IMG/VR virus record: IMGVR_UViG_3300033141_000684
Direction: 5' to 3' (one strand)
Length of the DNA: 64,000 nucleotides
Source of the DNA: an uncultured virus (IMG/VR IMGVR_UViG_3300033141_000684)
Taxonomy: Duplodnaviria; Heunggongvirae; Uroviricota; Caudoviricetes
The notes below the pieces were generated by a model. The model was not told the origin of the DNA, made no database searches, and saw only the letters and a program-made list of their open reading frames with translations. The translations under genes and the position numbers were made by a program. Position 1 is the stretch's first letter, and every line of letters begins with the position of its first letter. Positions 17,143 through 25,961 of this stretch are shown one piece after another.

Positions 17143-17195
17143 ATTATAGGGGCAATGCCCCAGCGTGTCAATGACTTATTGTGAAAAAATGTGAA
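17143..17195 (-). promoter_or_regulatory. Promoter cassette copy 8
   Basis: TTGACA-17-TATAAT; ggcaatgcc-N7-gtcaatgac. Confidence 0.9.
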
Positions 17196-17236
17196 CTGCG
17201 TCGAAGATCAGGGCACGCGCACGGCGCGCCCCGGTC

Positions 17237-17440
17237 TCAGAATTTCGAGGTATCTTCGAGGTCGATATGCTCGACCCCGCCGGTCTCTCGAAACTCTTCG
17301 AGCGCCGACTCGATTCGCTTGCTCAGCTTATCGAGTTTGACGTCGACCTCGATCATCTCAAGACGCAGTGCCGACTGCTCTGCGATGATCTCGGCGCGTC
17401 TTGCGACAAGTCGCCGGTGCTCTTCGAGCAATTTGTGCAT
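17237..17440 (-). CDS. Small coiled-coil protein
   Basis: GGAG RBS before ATG at 17440. Confidence 0.6.
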   Translation of the reverse strand: MHKLLEEHRRLVARRAEIIAEQSALRLEMIEVDVKLDKLSKRIESALEEFRETGGVEHIDLEDTSKF

Positions 17441-17469
17441 AGGCTTTTCTCCCTTTGTTGCGTGGTGGG

Positions 17470-17706
17470 TTAAACCGCCGGGCGGTTGGCTCGCACGACC
17501 GGGGCCATGCTGTAGCGTCCCAGCGGGAAGAAAAAGGCAACGCCTTCGTCGTCTCGCATGATCTTGGCGCGTGTCACGTCTGCAGTGTGAGGATGCACGA
17601 AGGTCACGGTCTTCGCTGATACCTTTACAACCTTGACTTCGAGAACGCTGTCTGCGTCGTTGATGAAGCGGCCGGTGAAGATGGTGTTGTTGGTGAAGTC
17701 TTTCAT
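17470..17706 (-). CDS. Hypothetical protein after promoter copy 9
   Basis: ATG at 17706. Confidence 0.65.
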   Translation of the reverse strand: MKDFTNNTIFTGRFINDADSVLEVKVVKVSAKTVTFVHPHTADVTRAKIMRDDEGVAFFFPLGRYSMAPVVRANRPAV

Positions 17707-17743
17707 TTTTTTCTCGTCTCGTTGTCTCGTCTTGATGGGGTTC

Positions 17744-17794
17744 ATTATACGGCATTGCCTCAATGTGTCAATGCCTTTTTGTAAAAAAATGTGA
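17744..17794 (-). promoter_or_regulatory. Promoter cassette copy 9
   Basis: TTGACA-16-TATAAT; ggcattgcc-N7-gtcaatgcc. Confidence 0.9.
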
Positions 17795-17800
17795 GGCAGA

Positions 17801-18637
17801 TCACTCTGCCTCGAACCCATTCTCGACGATGAAGGCCGCAGCCTTCTCGGCCATCGTCGCCGCCTTGCGAATCTGGTCGGGCTCGTCTTTGAGCGCCTTC
17901 AGCCAGCTCGCCAGGTAGCTCGCATGATTCTCAGGCTCTACCGGCACGCCGAGGCGCTCGCCAAGGTAGTACGCGCCCAGCTCGGCGACCAGCTCTTCGA
18001 AGGCGTAGCCTTCGCGGTTCTTGACCTGTAGGCCGCGATCGCAGCGAGACTTGTGGCCGGTCCAGTGCACCAGCTCGTGCAGCAAGGTGCCCCAGTAGCC
18101 GCGCTCGCTCTTGAACTGGTCGGCATTCGGCAGAACGACGCTGTCAGTCGCCGGCTGGTAGAAGGCTCGGTCGCCGCCGAAGCTCAGGTCGACGCCGAGG
18201 CGTTCGATCATGCTGTTCAACTTGTCGGCGTCGAAGCTCACGACGCGGGGCTCGACCTTCGGCAGCTCGATGCCTTCGCAATCGCTCTCGACGTTGAACA
18301 CGTTCGCAGAGCCGAAGCCGACGACGAAGGTGCTCTCTTTTCCGTTCGCGTCTTCGCGCTTCTTGATGATCGGGAACAAGATTTTCGTCGCCTTCGCGCC
18401 CTTGCGCACGTTGCCGCCGAGCTTCTTTGCCTGGTCATATCCGACCCAGTAAGGGCAGGGATTGATCAGCGCCAGGTAGAGCGCATTCAAGCCTCGGTAT
18501 GGCTTGCCGGTCTGCAGGTTCGTCGGCCATTCGGTCGCGCCGCGATCTTCCCAAGGCTTCTGCCAGGGCGCGGTGCCGGCCTGAATGGCTTCGATGACCT
18601 TGTTGACGATGTCGTTCATGAGTGCTTCGTTTTTCAT
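17801..18637 (-). CDS. ardC: ArdC-family antirestriction protein (ssDNA-binding plus zincin domain)
   Basis: PWQKPW, YRGLN, GGNVRKG, VFNV, LLHELVHWTGH, YAFEELVAELGA, HASYLASW. Confidence 0.92.
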   Translation of the reverse strand: MKNEALMNDIVNKVIEAIQAGTAPWQKPWEDRGATEWPTNLQTGKPYRGLNALYLALINPCPYWVGYDQAKKLGGNVRKGAKATKILFPIIKKREDANGKESTFVVGFGSANVFNVESDCEGIELPKVEPRVVSFDADKLNSMIERLGVDLSFGGDRAFYQPATDSVVLPNADQFKSERGYWGTLLHELVHWTGHKSRCDRGLQVKNREGYAFEELVAELGAYYLGERLGVPVEPENHASYLASWLKALKDEPDQIRKAATMAEKAAAFIVENGFEAE

Positions 18638-18666
18638 TGGTTCCTGCCTCGTTGTGTATTTCAATG

Positions 18667-18716
18667 ATTATACAGGCTCGGTATACTGAGTCAATGACTT
18701 ATTTAGAATAGATGAG
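18667..18716 (-). promoter_or_regulatory. Promoter cassette copy 10
   Basis: TTGACT-16-TATAAT; single box gtcaatgac. Confidence 0.8.
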
Positions 18717-18977
18717 CAGGTTTATATAACAAGTCGGTATTTCTCAAATCGCCCCGCTCGTGTATGATCTATGTCATAGGTGGAAAAGGGGCTTTTTACG
18801 GAACTGCCCCTAGTTCCGTCAAGTTTTGCCTCACCGAACCTTTACTCGCCTCGACCCCGCGATCAATAATTGAATCGAACCGAGACCGGCCTCGCGTTCG
18901 TTGCGCAGTCGTGCAACCTCGCCGGGCTGATCTCAAAATCGCAGCAGCGATCAATACAACCAGAGCGGAGCACTGCA

Positions 18978-19808
18978 ATGGATTTAGACCTGAATGACCC
19001 CGAAGTACAAGCCGCGATCGAGGCAGCAGCCAAGACGCAAGCCGAGGGCCAACTCTCCGAACTTCAGAACAGCATCGAAGCCCTGCAGGGCAACAATGCG
19101 AAACTGGTAGACGAGAAGAAAGCGGAAACCGAACGCGCCAAGCAACTCAAGGCAATCTTTGACGAGCTAGGCGGTGAAGACGAGATCAACAAGCTCAAGC
19201 AGGCGAAAGCCGAGGGCGACAAAGCGGCAGCTTTAAAGATGTTGGTCGAGGGAAACTTCGAAGAGTTTCAAGCCGCGATCACCGAGAAGGCGGTCGCAGG
19301 ATACGCGAAGCAAGTCGAAGCCGCGCAAGAGCAGGTCGAAAAATCCAACGGTGAGCGAGATGGGATTCTCGCGAAGTACAACGGCAAGCTGATCGACATC
19401 GCAGTACGCGAAGCGGCCGGCAAGGCAGAAGTACACCCTACGGCTGTCGCTGACATAGTGTTCAGAGCGCAGCAGCAGTTCTCGGTTCATGATGACGCGG
19501 TCGGCTTATTCGACGACAACGGCATCGCAAAGATCGGTGCAGACGGCAAGACGCCGTACAGCATCGGCGAATGGCTTGAAGAGCAACGAGAAACCGCGCC
19601 GCATTGGTGGCCGGCATCTCAGGGCGGCGGCGCTGGCGGAAGCCAGGGCGGCGGCTCAGGCGGCGGCGGTGACAACCCCTGGTCACGGTCTGGCTGGAAT
19701 CTGACTAAACAAGGTCAGGTGATCAAGCAGCAGGGGATGGAAAAAGCAGAGCAGCTCGCTAAGGCTGCAGGCTCGAAGATTGGATCGGTAGCACCTCCCG
19801 CCCGATAA
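18978..19808 (+). CDS. Capsid scaffolding protein
   Basis: Coiled coil, Gly-rich linker, NPW...NLTKQG; directly upstream of the major capsid gene. Confidence 0.85.
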   Translation: MDLDLNDPEVQAAIEAAAKTQAEGQLSELQNSIEALQGNNAKLVDEKKAETERAKQLKAIFDELGGEDEINKLKQAKAEGDKAAALKMLVEGNFEEFQAAITEKAVAGYAKQVEAAQEQVEKSNGERDGILAKYNGKLIDIAVREAAGKAEVHPTAVADIVFRAQQQFSVHDDAVGLFDDNGIAKIGADGKTPYSIGEWLEEQRETAPHWWPASQGGGAGGSQGGGSGGGGDNPWSRSGWNLTKQGQVIKQQGMEKAEQLAKAAGSKIGSVAPPAR

Positions 19809-19877
19809 CAATCTAAAGGCCGGTCTCAGGCGCGGCTCTTGCTTTGAAACTTTTCGTAAAAAACGGAGCTAAAAGCA

Positions 19878-20939
19878 ATGGCTGATACACAGGTAGCAGA
19901 CGTAGTCGTCCCTGAGATTTTCGGGCCGTATGTTCAGCAGCTCACCGAACAAAAAAGCCGCCTGATTCAGTCTGGCGCTGTTGTTCGTGACGCTGAACTC
20001 GACCAGAAACTCGCCGGCGGCGGTCTAACTTTTAACGCGCCTTCATGGCAAGACCTGGCTGACGATGATGACAACGTCAGCGACGACGTGCCCGCAAACA
20101 CCGCAACACCGAACAAGACCCAAACTTCGCAAGAAGTGGGCGTTCGTCTTTCTCGTAACCAGCACTGGTCGAGCATGGACCTGGCCGCAGCACTGGCTGG
20201 TGACGACCCGATGATGAGCATCGCTGACCGCGTTGCGGGCTACTGGGCTCGCCGACAGCAAGCTGCATTCGTTGCCACCATGACCGGCATTTTTGCAGAC
20301 AACACTGCAAACGATTCTGGTGACTACACAAACGACCTCGGCGCTTCAGTGTCTTTCTCTGCGTCTGGCTTCCTGGGCGGTCTGCTCACGATGGGCGACA
20401 GCATGGAAGACCTAGCGATGATCATGGTGCACTCGGTTGTCTTTAACAAGATGCAGAACGCGAACCTGATCGTCTACCGCGACGTGATTCAGCCCGAAGG
20501 TACGACCACGTCTACCCCGGTAGCAAGCACTGCAGTCGGCACTGCCGGCAACGTGCCTGTATCTCGCGGCGAGATTCGCATTCCTACCTACCTGGGCCGC
20601 CAGGTTATCGTTGACGACGGCCTGCCTAGCGCGGCCGGCGTATACGAGAGCTGGATCTTCGGCGCTGGTGCGGTACGCTTCGGACAGAGCACGCCTCGCG
20701 TACCTGTCGAAGTGACTCGCGAAGCCCTGACGGGTAACGGTGGTGGTCAAGAGATTCTCAGCTCTCGGGTTGAGTGGGCTATGCACCCCGTCGGTCACGC
20801 CTACACTGGCACCGCACCGAACGGTGGACCTAGCAACGCAGCTACCGCCAACAACCTCGGCGCAGCCGGTAGCTGGGATCGGGTTTATCCCGAACGCAAG
20901 CAGATCAAGATCGCTCGAATTCTCTCTGACGAGAACTAA
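19878..20939 (+). CDS. Major capsid protein
   Basis: DVVVPEIF, SRLIQSG, AGDDPM, YLGRQVIVDD, MHPVG, WDRVY motifs; GGAG RBS. Confidence 0.92.
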   Translation: MADTQVADVVVPEIFGPYVQQLTEQKSRLIQSGAVVRDAELDQKLAGGGLTFNAPSWQDLADDDDNVSDDVPANTATPNKTQTSQEVGVRLSRNQHWSSMDLAAALAGDDPMMSIADRVAGYWARRQQAAFVATMTGIFADNTANDSGDYTNDLGASVSFSASGFLGGLLTMGDSMEDLAMIMVHSVVFNKMQNANLIVYRDVIQPEGTTTSTPVASTAVGTAGNVPVSRGEIRIPTYLGRQVIVDDGLPSAAGVYESWIFGAGAVRFGQSTPRVPVEVTREALTGNGGGQEILSSRVEWAMHPVGHAYTGTAPNGGPSNAATANNLGAAGSWDRVYPERKQIKIARILSDEN

Positions 20940-20958
20940 GCGACCCCTGATTGAGATG

Positions 20959-20984
20959 ACCCCGGCCTTCGGGCCGGGGCTCTT
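20959..20984 (+). terminator. Hairpin terminator after the capsid gene
   Basis: ccccggcc-ttcg-ggccgggg followed by ctctt. Confidence 0.6.
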
Positions 20985-21024
20985 ACCCTACCTTCCAAAC
21001 GGCATAACATGGGGAAAATGAACA

Positions 21025-21438
21025 ATGTCAGAAGATAAAGTAAAAGCTGAAGCCGAAGTCGAGAAGACTGAGGCAGAGATCGCCGCAGAGATTGCGGCAG
21101 AAGCTAAGGCCGCAGCGGCCGAGGCTGAAGAGAAAGCTGAAGAGGTGGCGGCCGAGGCGGTTGAAGCCTCAGTCGCAGAGCTTCAGAAAGCGGCAGACGC
21201 AGCCGACAAGGCGTTCGACAAAGCGACGAAGGCCTTCGCAAAAGCGAAAGAAACTCTCGAAGAGGCCATCGCCGAGCAGCACGCCGCGCACGCCGCAGTC
21301 CAAAAGCTCAAGCCGCGCAAGACTACAATGCAAGATATTCAAGAGCACCTTCGCAAGCAGAACGAGAAGGCAAGAACGGGCCAGATCAACCCTATTGACC
21401 AAGCAGGTCGAATCGGGCCGTCTCCCTTTCAGCTCTAA
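21025..21438 (+). CDS. Ala/Glu/Lys-rich helical protein
   Basis: ORF followed by a hairpin and T-run at ~21478-21513. Confidence 0.65.
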   Translation: MSEDKVKAEAEVEKTEAEIAAEIAAEAKAAAAEAEEKAEEVAAEAVEASVAELQKAADAADKAFDKATKAFAKAKETLEEAIAEQHAAHAAVQKLKPRKTTMQDIQEHLRKQNEKARTGQINPIDQAGRIGPSPFQL

Positions 21439-21551
21439 ACGGACTCTCCCCAGTGTCGCGTTGTCGACACGCCGTTCGCCCCTCCCCGGTTCGCCGGGGC
21501 TGGGGCACTTTTTCAAGGAGAGTAGTGACAAGACAGCAAACGGGTGAGAGA

Positions 21552-21824
21552 ATGAAGAGAGAAGAGTTTGAGGCGATTCACGGCCCCGTAGGTAAAAACG
21601 TGACCTATATCGACCTAGACGACCCTACGGTTAATCCGCAGCCGGTTATCACTGCAGGATGGACCGACGAACAGATCAAAAACAAGTCGGCCTTAGAGTT
21701 CGACGAGATGATCGCCTCGGCAGAGATGAACATCAGAAACATAGAAAGAACGGTAGAGGGTGAGAAGCGGCGACTGCACGACCTGCAGGCGCTTAAAAAC
21801 CGGAGATTACAGCTCGGAGCCTAA
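21552..21824 (+). CDS. Hypothetical protein
   Basis: ATG at 21552. Confidence 0.55.
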   Translation: MKREEFEAIHGPVGKNVTYIDLDDPTVNPQPVITAGWTDEQIKNKSALEFDEMIASAEMNIRNIERTVEGEKRRLHDLQALKNRRLQLGA

Positions 21825-21827
21825 AAC

Positions 21828-23900
21828 ATGCCTCTCATTAACGACCCCGACGGCCTTTCTCAAGGCGGATTGACATCACCAACCTCGATTGAGTTCAAAT
21901 CTGCGTCTGGCGCTAACATAACCATAGACGCGAATGGCAACGGCGACCTGCCGAGTGTTACTGCGAACGATTATATCGAGATCCGTAACGCCAACACGAC
22001 AGCAAACAACGGCCTCTACCGTGTCAGCTCTGTCACTACTCCGAACGAAGAGATCGTTCTAGTAAAAGAGGCGCTTGACGGGTCGGTTGTAAACCCCGCG
22101 AATGATGCGGCGGATACTACCGCGACGACGCTGGGCACCAACGCCGACGAGAAGAACATCTACTTCGACACGACGAACTTCTTGTTCACGTTCCTTAACG
22201 GCTTCGGCTCGACTACTGTGCTCGACAACGAAGGCGTGCTGGCTCAGGCGCTCTACTCATTCGGCAAAGAAGAATGGAAGAACGACAACGACTTGATCAA
22301 GTTCGATTTCTTCATGACCGCGATCACGCCAGAGCAGTTTGAATTCAACTCGGGCTGGAAGCCGGTTGACGAAGCCGAGAGCACCATATCGACAACCGAC
22401 CCGTCGAATACCCGCGAGCTAATCCGCACCGGGGGCTGGTCAGAGATCGACGTCAACGGCTTTATCGAGAAGTCTGGCTTTTGTTGGCTGACTCTGGGCA
22501 ACATCGACTCGGGCGACAACGCCTACTACTTCTTCGCATCTCAAGACGCCGCGACCTTCGCGACGTTCGACGGGCCGGTCAACGAGTTCGTCGAATCTGT
22601 CACGCGGGTCGACTTGTCTGGCGCTGGCACGATTCAGTTCGTCGATGGCGGTGGCGGCAACGATCAGCTAAACCGTGGCAGCGGCTCGTGGATCACTGAC
22701 GGCTTTGAGGTGGGCGACTATGTTTTCATTCAGAACGCAGAAGACGCCGGCAACGATGGCAGCTTCGAGGTGCTTGCGGTTACTGCGACCGACCTCGATG
22801 TCGCGACTGCGAGCTTCACCGCGAACGCTGACGACACGACCGCGATCGTCGCAATCGACCGGCGGCCTGTAGCATTCACGACCCGAGTCAGAATTTTTGG
22901 GAAGACTTACGACCAGTCTTCCTCGACTGACATTGGTGTAACGACCCTAACGAATCAGGTGTACCGATTCCCGCTCTCTGAGGCGGCTGACGCTGTCGTC
23001 GTAGACCTGGCGAACGCTGAGACATCAGGCAACATCGCGACGCTGTTGACGAATATCAGCGGCACGCCGATCGCACCCTACAACGATATGGCGATAGGTT
23101 ACTTCAGTTCGTCTTTCACGCGGTCTGGCTTCGTGGCGGTGGGTGGCGATACACCGAGCCCTGGCGACACTCAATTCGGCGTTCTGATCGAGGCAGACGC
23201 TTCTGCCGGCGGCGCAGCATCGGCCGAGCAGGTCTATGCGTTCGTTCAGGCGACGATTCAAGAAAACAACGATATCAACGACCCAGACGGCAGAATCACC
23301 GGCGAGGCGGCGACAGTCGTCAACGGCCTGCTCGCAGAGCCTCTCGTCTCTCTGGCGTCTACCGGCAACACCATCTCGACGCTCGCGCAAAACGCTAACC
23401 CGGCGGGCGGTGGTACTGGTGTCGCCATCGACAATTTTGACTCGAACGACACGAACAGGATTGTCATGGTTGACGACGACGGCGACTCTCGAACGTTCCC
23501 GTTCGTGGCAGCCGGCTCGATCGAATTCAACGCCAACCTTTCGACCGACGTCGACGCGGTTTATCGCATGTTCTTCACGAACGACGACGCAGGCGACAAC
23601 ACTGGCCGCGACTTCAACACGATCGGCGCGATTACTGTGCAGGACAATTCAGGTCCGACCGACATCGCCGGAAGCGTGCCTCAGTCAGCGGGCGGGTCTT
23701 CGCAGGCCTTTGATTTTGACTATGACGGCAACCTGCAGCGCGGTACTGGCTCAGATGGAACCGACGCACCGATCACGATCGTCGCGATCGGATTGAACGG
23801 AGCGCAGCACGTCATCGCGACAGGCACCATCACGAGAAACGTCGGCCAGACCTTCTCGCTTGTTGCGGCCCTTGAGCGAAACTACAGCAACCCGGCATAA
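21828..23900 (+). CDS. Large acidic virion structural protein
   Basis: 690 aa, G/T/D/N-rich, two copies of a GD-x-I-x-I..A...N[ND]G module. Confidence 0.65.
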   Translation: MPLINDPDGLSQGGLTSPTSIEFKSASGANITIDANGNGDLPSVTANDYIEIRNANTTANNGLYRVSSVTTPNEEIVLVKEALDGSVVNPANDAADTTATTLGTNADEKNIYFDTTNFLFTFLNGFGSTTVLDNEGVLAQALYSFGKEEWKNDNDLIKFDFFMTAITPEQFEFNSGWKPVDEAESTISTTDPSNTRELIRTGGWSEIDVNGFIEKSGFCWLTLGNIDSGDNAYYFFASQDAATFATFDGPVNEFVESVTRVDLSGAGTIQFVDGGGGNDQLNRGSGSWITDGFEVGDYVFIQNAEDAGNDGSFEVLAVTATDLDVATASFTANADDTTAIVAIDRRPVAFTTRVRIFGKTYDQSSSTDIGVTTLTNQVYRFPLSEAADAVVVDLANAETSGNIATLLTNISGTPIAPYNDMAIGYFSSSFTRSGFVAVGGDTPSPGDTQFGVLIEADASAGGAASAEQVYAFVQATIQENNDINDPDGRITGEAATVVNGLLAEPLVSLASTGNTISTLAQNANPAGGGTGVAIDNFDSNDTNRIVMVDDDGDSRTFPFVAAGSIEFNANLSTDVDAVYRMFFTNDDAGDNTGRDFNTIGAITVQDNSGPTDIAGSVPQSAGGSSQAFDFDYDGNLQRGTGSDGTDAPITIVAIGLNGAQHVIATGTITRNVGQTFSLVAALERNYSNPA

Positions 23901-24256
23901 TGGTAAGCATCGAGTACGTCGTAAGTAGCAACGCATGGGCTGAGGGCGCATGGGCGGAAGTTCTGACCGCCTTCGCTCTTCGTCATAACGTAGCTCAGTC
24001 GGGCGACGAGCGCGTGCTCGTTCAGCCAAAGAAAGGAAAATGGGTGCAGGGCGATACAGCTCTGCCCGATTTTTCACATCCTGCTAATGTGGTGTATTGC
24101 TTTGGGCCTGATGACGGCCATCTGCCGCCAGAAGAAGAGGGTGAATATGATCACAAAATCTATATCCCACAGGTGTACGAACACGTCACTCTCTGGTCTC
24201 ATCAAGCTGCCGCAATTGTCTTATATGACAGGGCGGTAAAAAATGGCGATTATTGA
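23900..24256 (+). CDS. Minimal SPOUT (SpoU/TrmH-like) methyltransferase-fold protein
   Basis: FSHP..VVYCFGPDDGHL...DHKIYIP...LWSHQAAAIVLYDR resembles the C-terminal SPOUT motifs. Confidence 0.6.
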   Translation: MVSIEYVVSSNAWAEGAWAEVLTAFALRHNVAQSGDERVLVQPKKGKWVQGDTALPDFSHPANVVYCFGPDDGHLPPEEEGEYDHKIYIPQVYEHVTLWSHQAAAIVLYDRAVKNGDY

Positions 24257-25961
24257 CGGCAGAACCGTATTAGACACCGCTGAGGCAACGACAAACTGGG
24301 TCGACGATTCCGGCGGTTCTTTCCCTGGCGGCACGAATAGCGACACGGCGATCAAGGGCAATGTCTCGATAGCTGAGCGAGTCTCGAACTCGACGCTCGG
24401 CTTCTTTTTCGATGCCGGTTCTGCTCAGAACTGGGAAAACAACACTTTTTATTTTTGGTGGAACGTCTCAACCGCCGGCTTGCTCGATACTCTGGCGAAC
24501 GGCGGCGTGCGTATGAGATTCTGCGGCGCGACGATCACCGACTACTTCGAAGTGCATCTCGCCGGCAGCGATACCTACTCGGGCGGCTGGACGATGTCGG
24601 TCGTGAGCATCGAAGAAGCTCGCACCGCTGCGGTCGCAGGCGACCCAAATACCGGCACTAGCGGCACGGTGCCGGCAACCTCGGCTATCAGGTACGCCGG
24701 CATTTACTTTGATATGGCTAACATGGTATCTGGTAACGTCGACAACTGTTTCGTCGACCATTGCTGGCGCTTGCCGCAGAATACGCCAGGCATACGGGTC
24801 GAGGGCGAGAACACCGGCTCGACTCCCTGGACGTGGGCCGACTTGGTCGACGCCGCCGACCCTGGCGACACAACAAAAGCCTGGGGCACAGTATTCAGGC
24901 GCGATGGTGTTGTATTCGTTAACACGCCTATACAGTTTGGAACCGACGACGCCACGAACGCGACAGACGACTTCGTTGACTCGAACGAAGTTGTGTTCTG
25001 GGAAGACCAAAGAGTGCCTGACGACTTTTATGAGCTGACTATACTAGGGGCGTCGGGGGGCAGTGCGACCCAGAACTTTAGTCTCGGCTCTAGGTCAGGA
25101 GCCGGGGCGGCATCAACCGGCTCGCAGGGCGGCGTAATTGGTGCGCCGCTGACCGGCTTCGCTCCCCGATGGAACCTGACAATGGTCGACGCCGACATCG
25201 ACGTCGCCGAGCTTCTTGGCGTGACGCTGTTGCACACAAACGTCATTGACATGGGCAACAACAACGCAGAGATCAGATCGTGCACCATCGGCGACGGCAC
25301 GCTCATCTACCATTCTGGCGGCTCGTCTGCCGGCGCTGGCACTGGCGATTTCAGCCGCAATACAGTATTCGACTCAAACACCGCCGACGGCGTCGCGCTG
25401 ATCGAGACAGAAGACCCGAGCGGCATTGTGAATAACGTCTTCACGTTCTCCGACGGTCACGCGATTGAGATAACGACGCTCGGCGTTGACACCGCCTTCA
25501 CGTTCACCGGCAACATCTTCAACGGGTACGGCGGCACCGACGGCGACAACCTTGTGAGCAGCTCAGGCTCGAACGACGCCGAAGTCTTCAACGACTCGGG
25601 TCGTGAGGTTACCTTCAATATCGGCGGCGGCGGAACAACCATCGCCGCACGCAACGGCATAAGCGCGACGACTATCGTCAACAACAACGTCTCGATCACG
25701 CTGACCGGCATGCGCGACAACACCGAGGTCAGAGTATGCTCTCTAGCTGGCGATGAGCTGGCGGGCATTGAGAACGCGACAGCGGGCACCCCTGACAATC
25801 GCGAGTTCACGTTCGCGCTCGCAGCCGGCACGATTGTCGACATCACTGTCTTCAATATCAACTGGATTCTGCCGCCTAACAATCGCATAGAAGACTTTAC
25901 AATACCGGCTACCGACGGCTCGATTCCGATCTCGCAGGTCACAGATAGGAATGTAATTTAA
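24243..25961 (+). CDS. Virion structural protein, beta-rich (possible beta-helix)
   Basis: 572 aa; NNVF, GNIF and other Asn-ladder-like repeats. Confidence 0.6.
   Translation: MAIIDGRTVLDTAEATTNWVDDSGGSFPGGTNSDTAIKGNVSIAERVSNSTLGFFFDAGSAQNWENNTFYFWWNVSTAGLLDTLANGGVRMRFCGATITDYFEVHLAGSDTYSGGWTMSVVSIEEARTAAVAGDPNTGTSGTVPATSAIRYAGIYFDMANMVSGNVDNCFVDHCWRLPQNTPGIRVEGENTGSTPWTWADLVDAADPGDTTKAWGTVFRRDGVVFVNTPIQFGTDDATNATDDFVDSNEVVFWEDQRVPDDFYELTILGASGGSATQNFSLGSRSGAGAASTGSQGGVIGAPLTGFAPRWNLTMVDADIDVAELLGVTLLHTNVIDMGNNNAEIRSCTIGDGTLIYHSGGSSAGAGTGDFSRNTVFDSNTADGVALIETEDPSGIVNNVFTFSDGHAIEITTLGVDTAFTFTGNIFNGYGGTDGDNLVSSSGSNDAEVFNDSGREVTFNIGGGGTTIAARNGISATTIVNNNVSITLTGMRDNTEVRVCSLAGDELAGIENATAGTPDNREFTFALAAGTIVDITVFNINWILPPNNRIEDFTIPATDGSIPISQVTDRNVI

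Noticed and set aside
11240..18716. CRISPR array or integron attC cassettes
   Set aside because: Repeats are degenerate, 0.4-1.6 kb apart and contain -35/-10 boxes; there are no constant-length spacers, no attC GTTRRRY structure and no integrase.
18798..18820. CTAGTTCCG match to guide unit 3 as a self-target
   Set aside because: The match spans the spacer end plus stem rather than a full spacer, has no adjacent partner site, and is plausible by chance.
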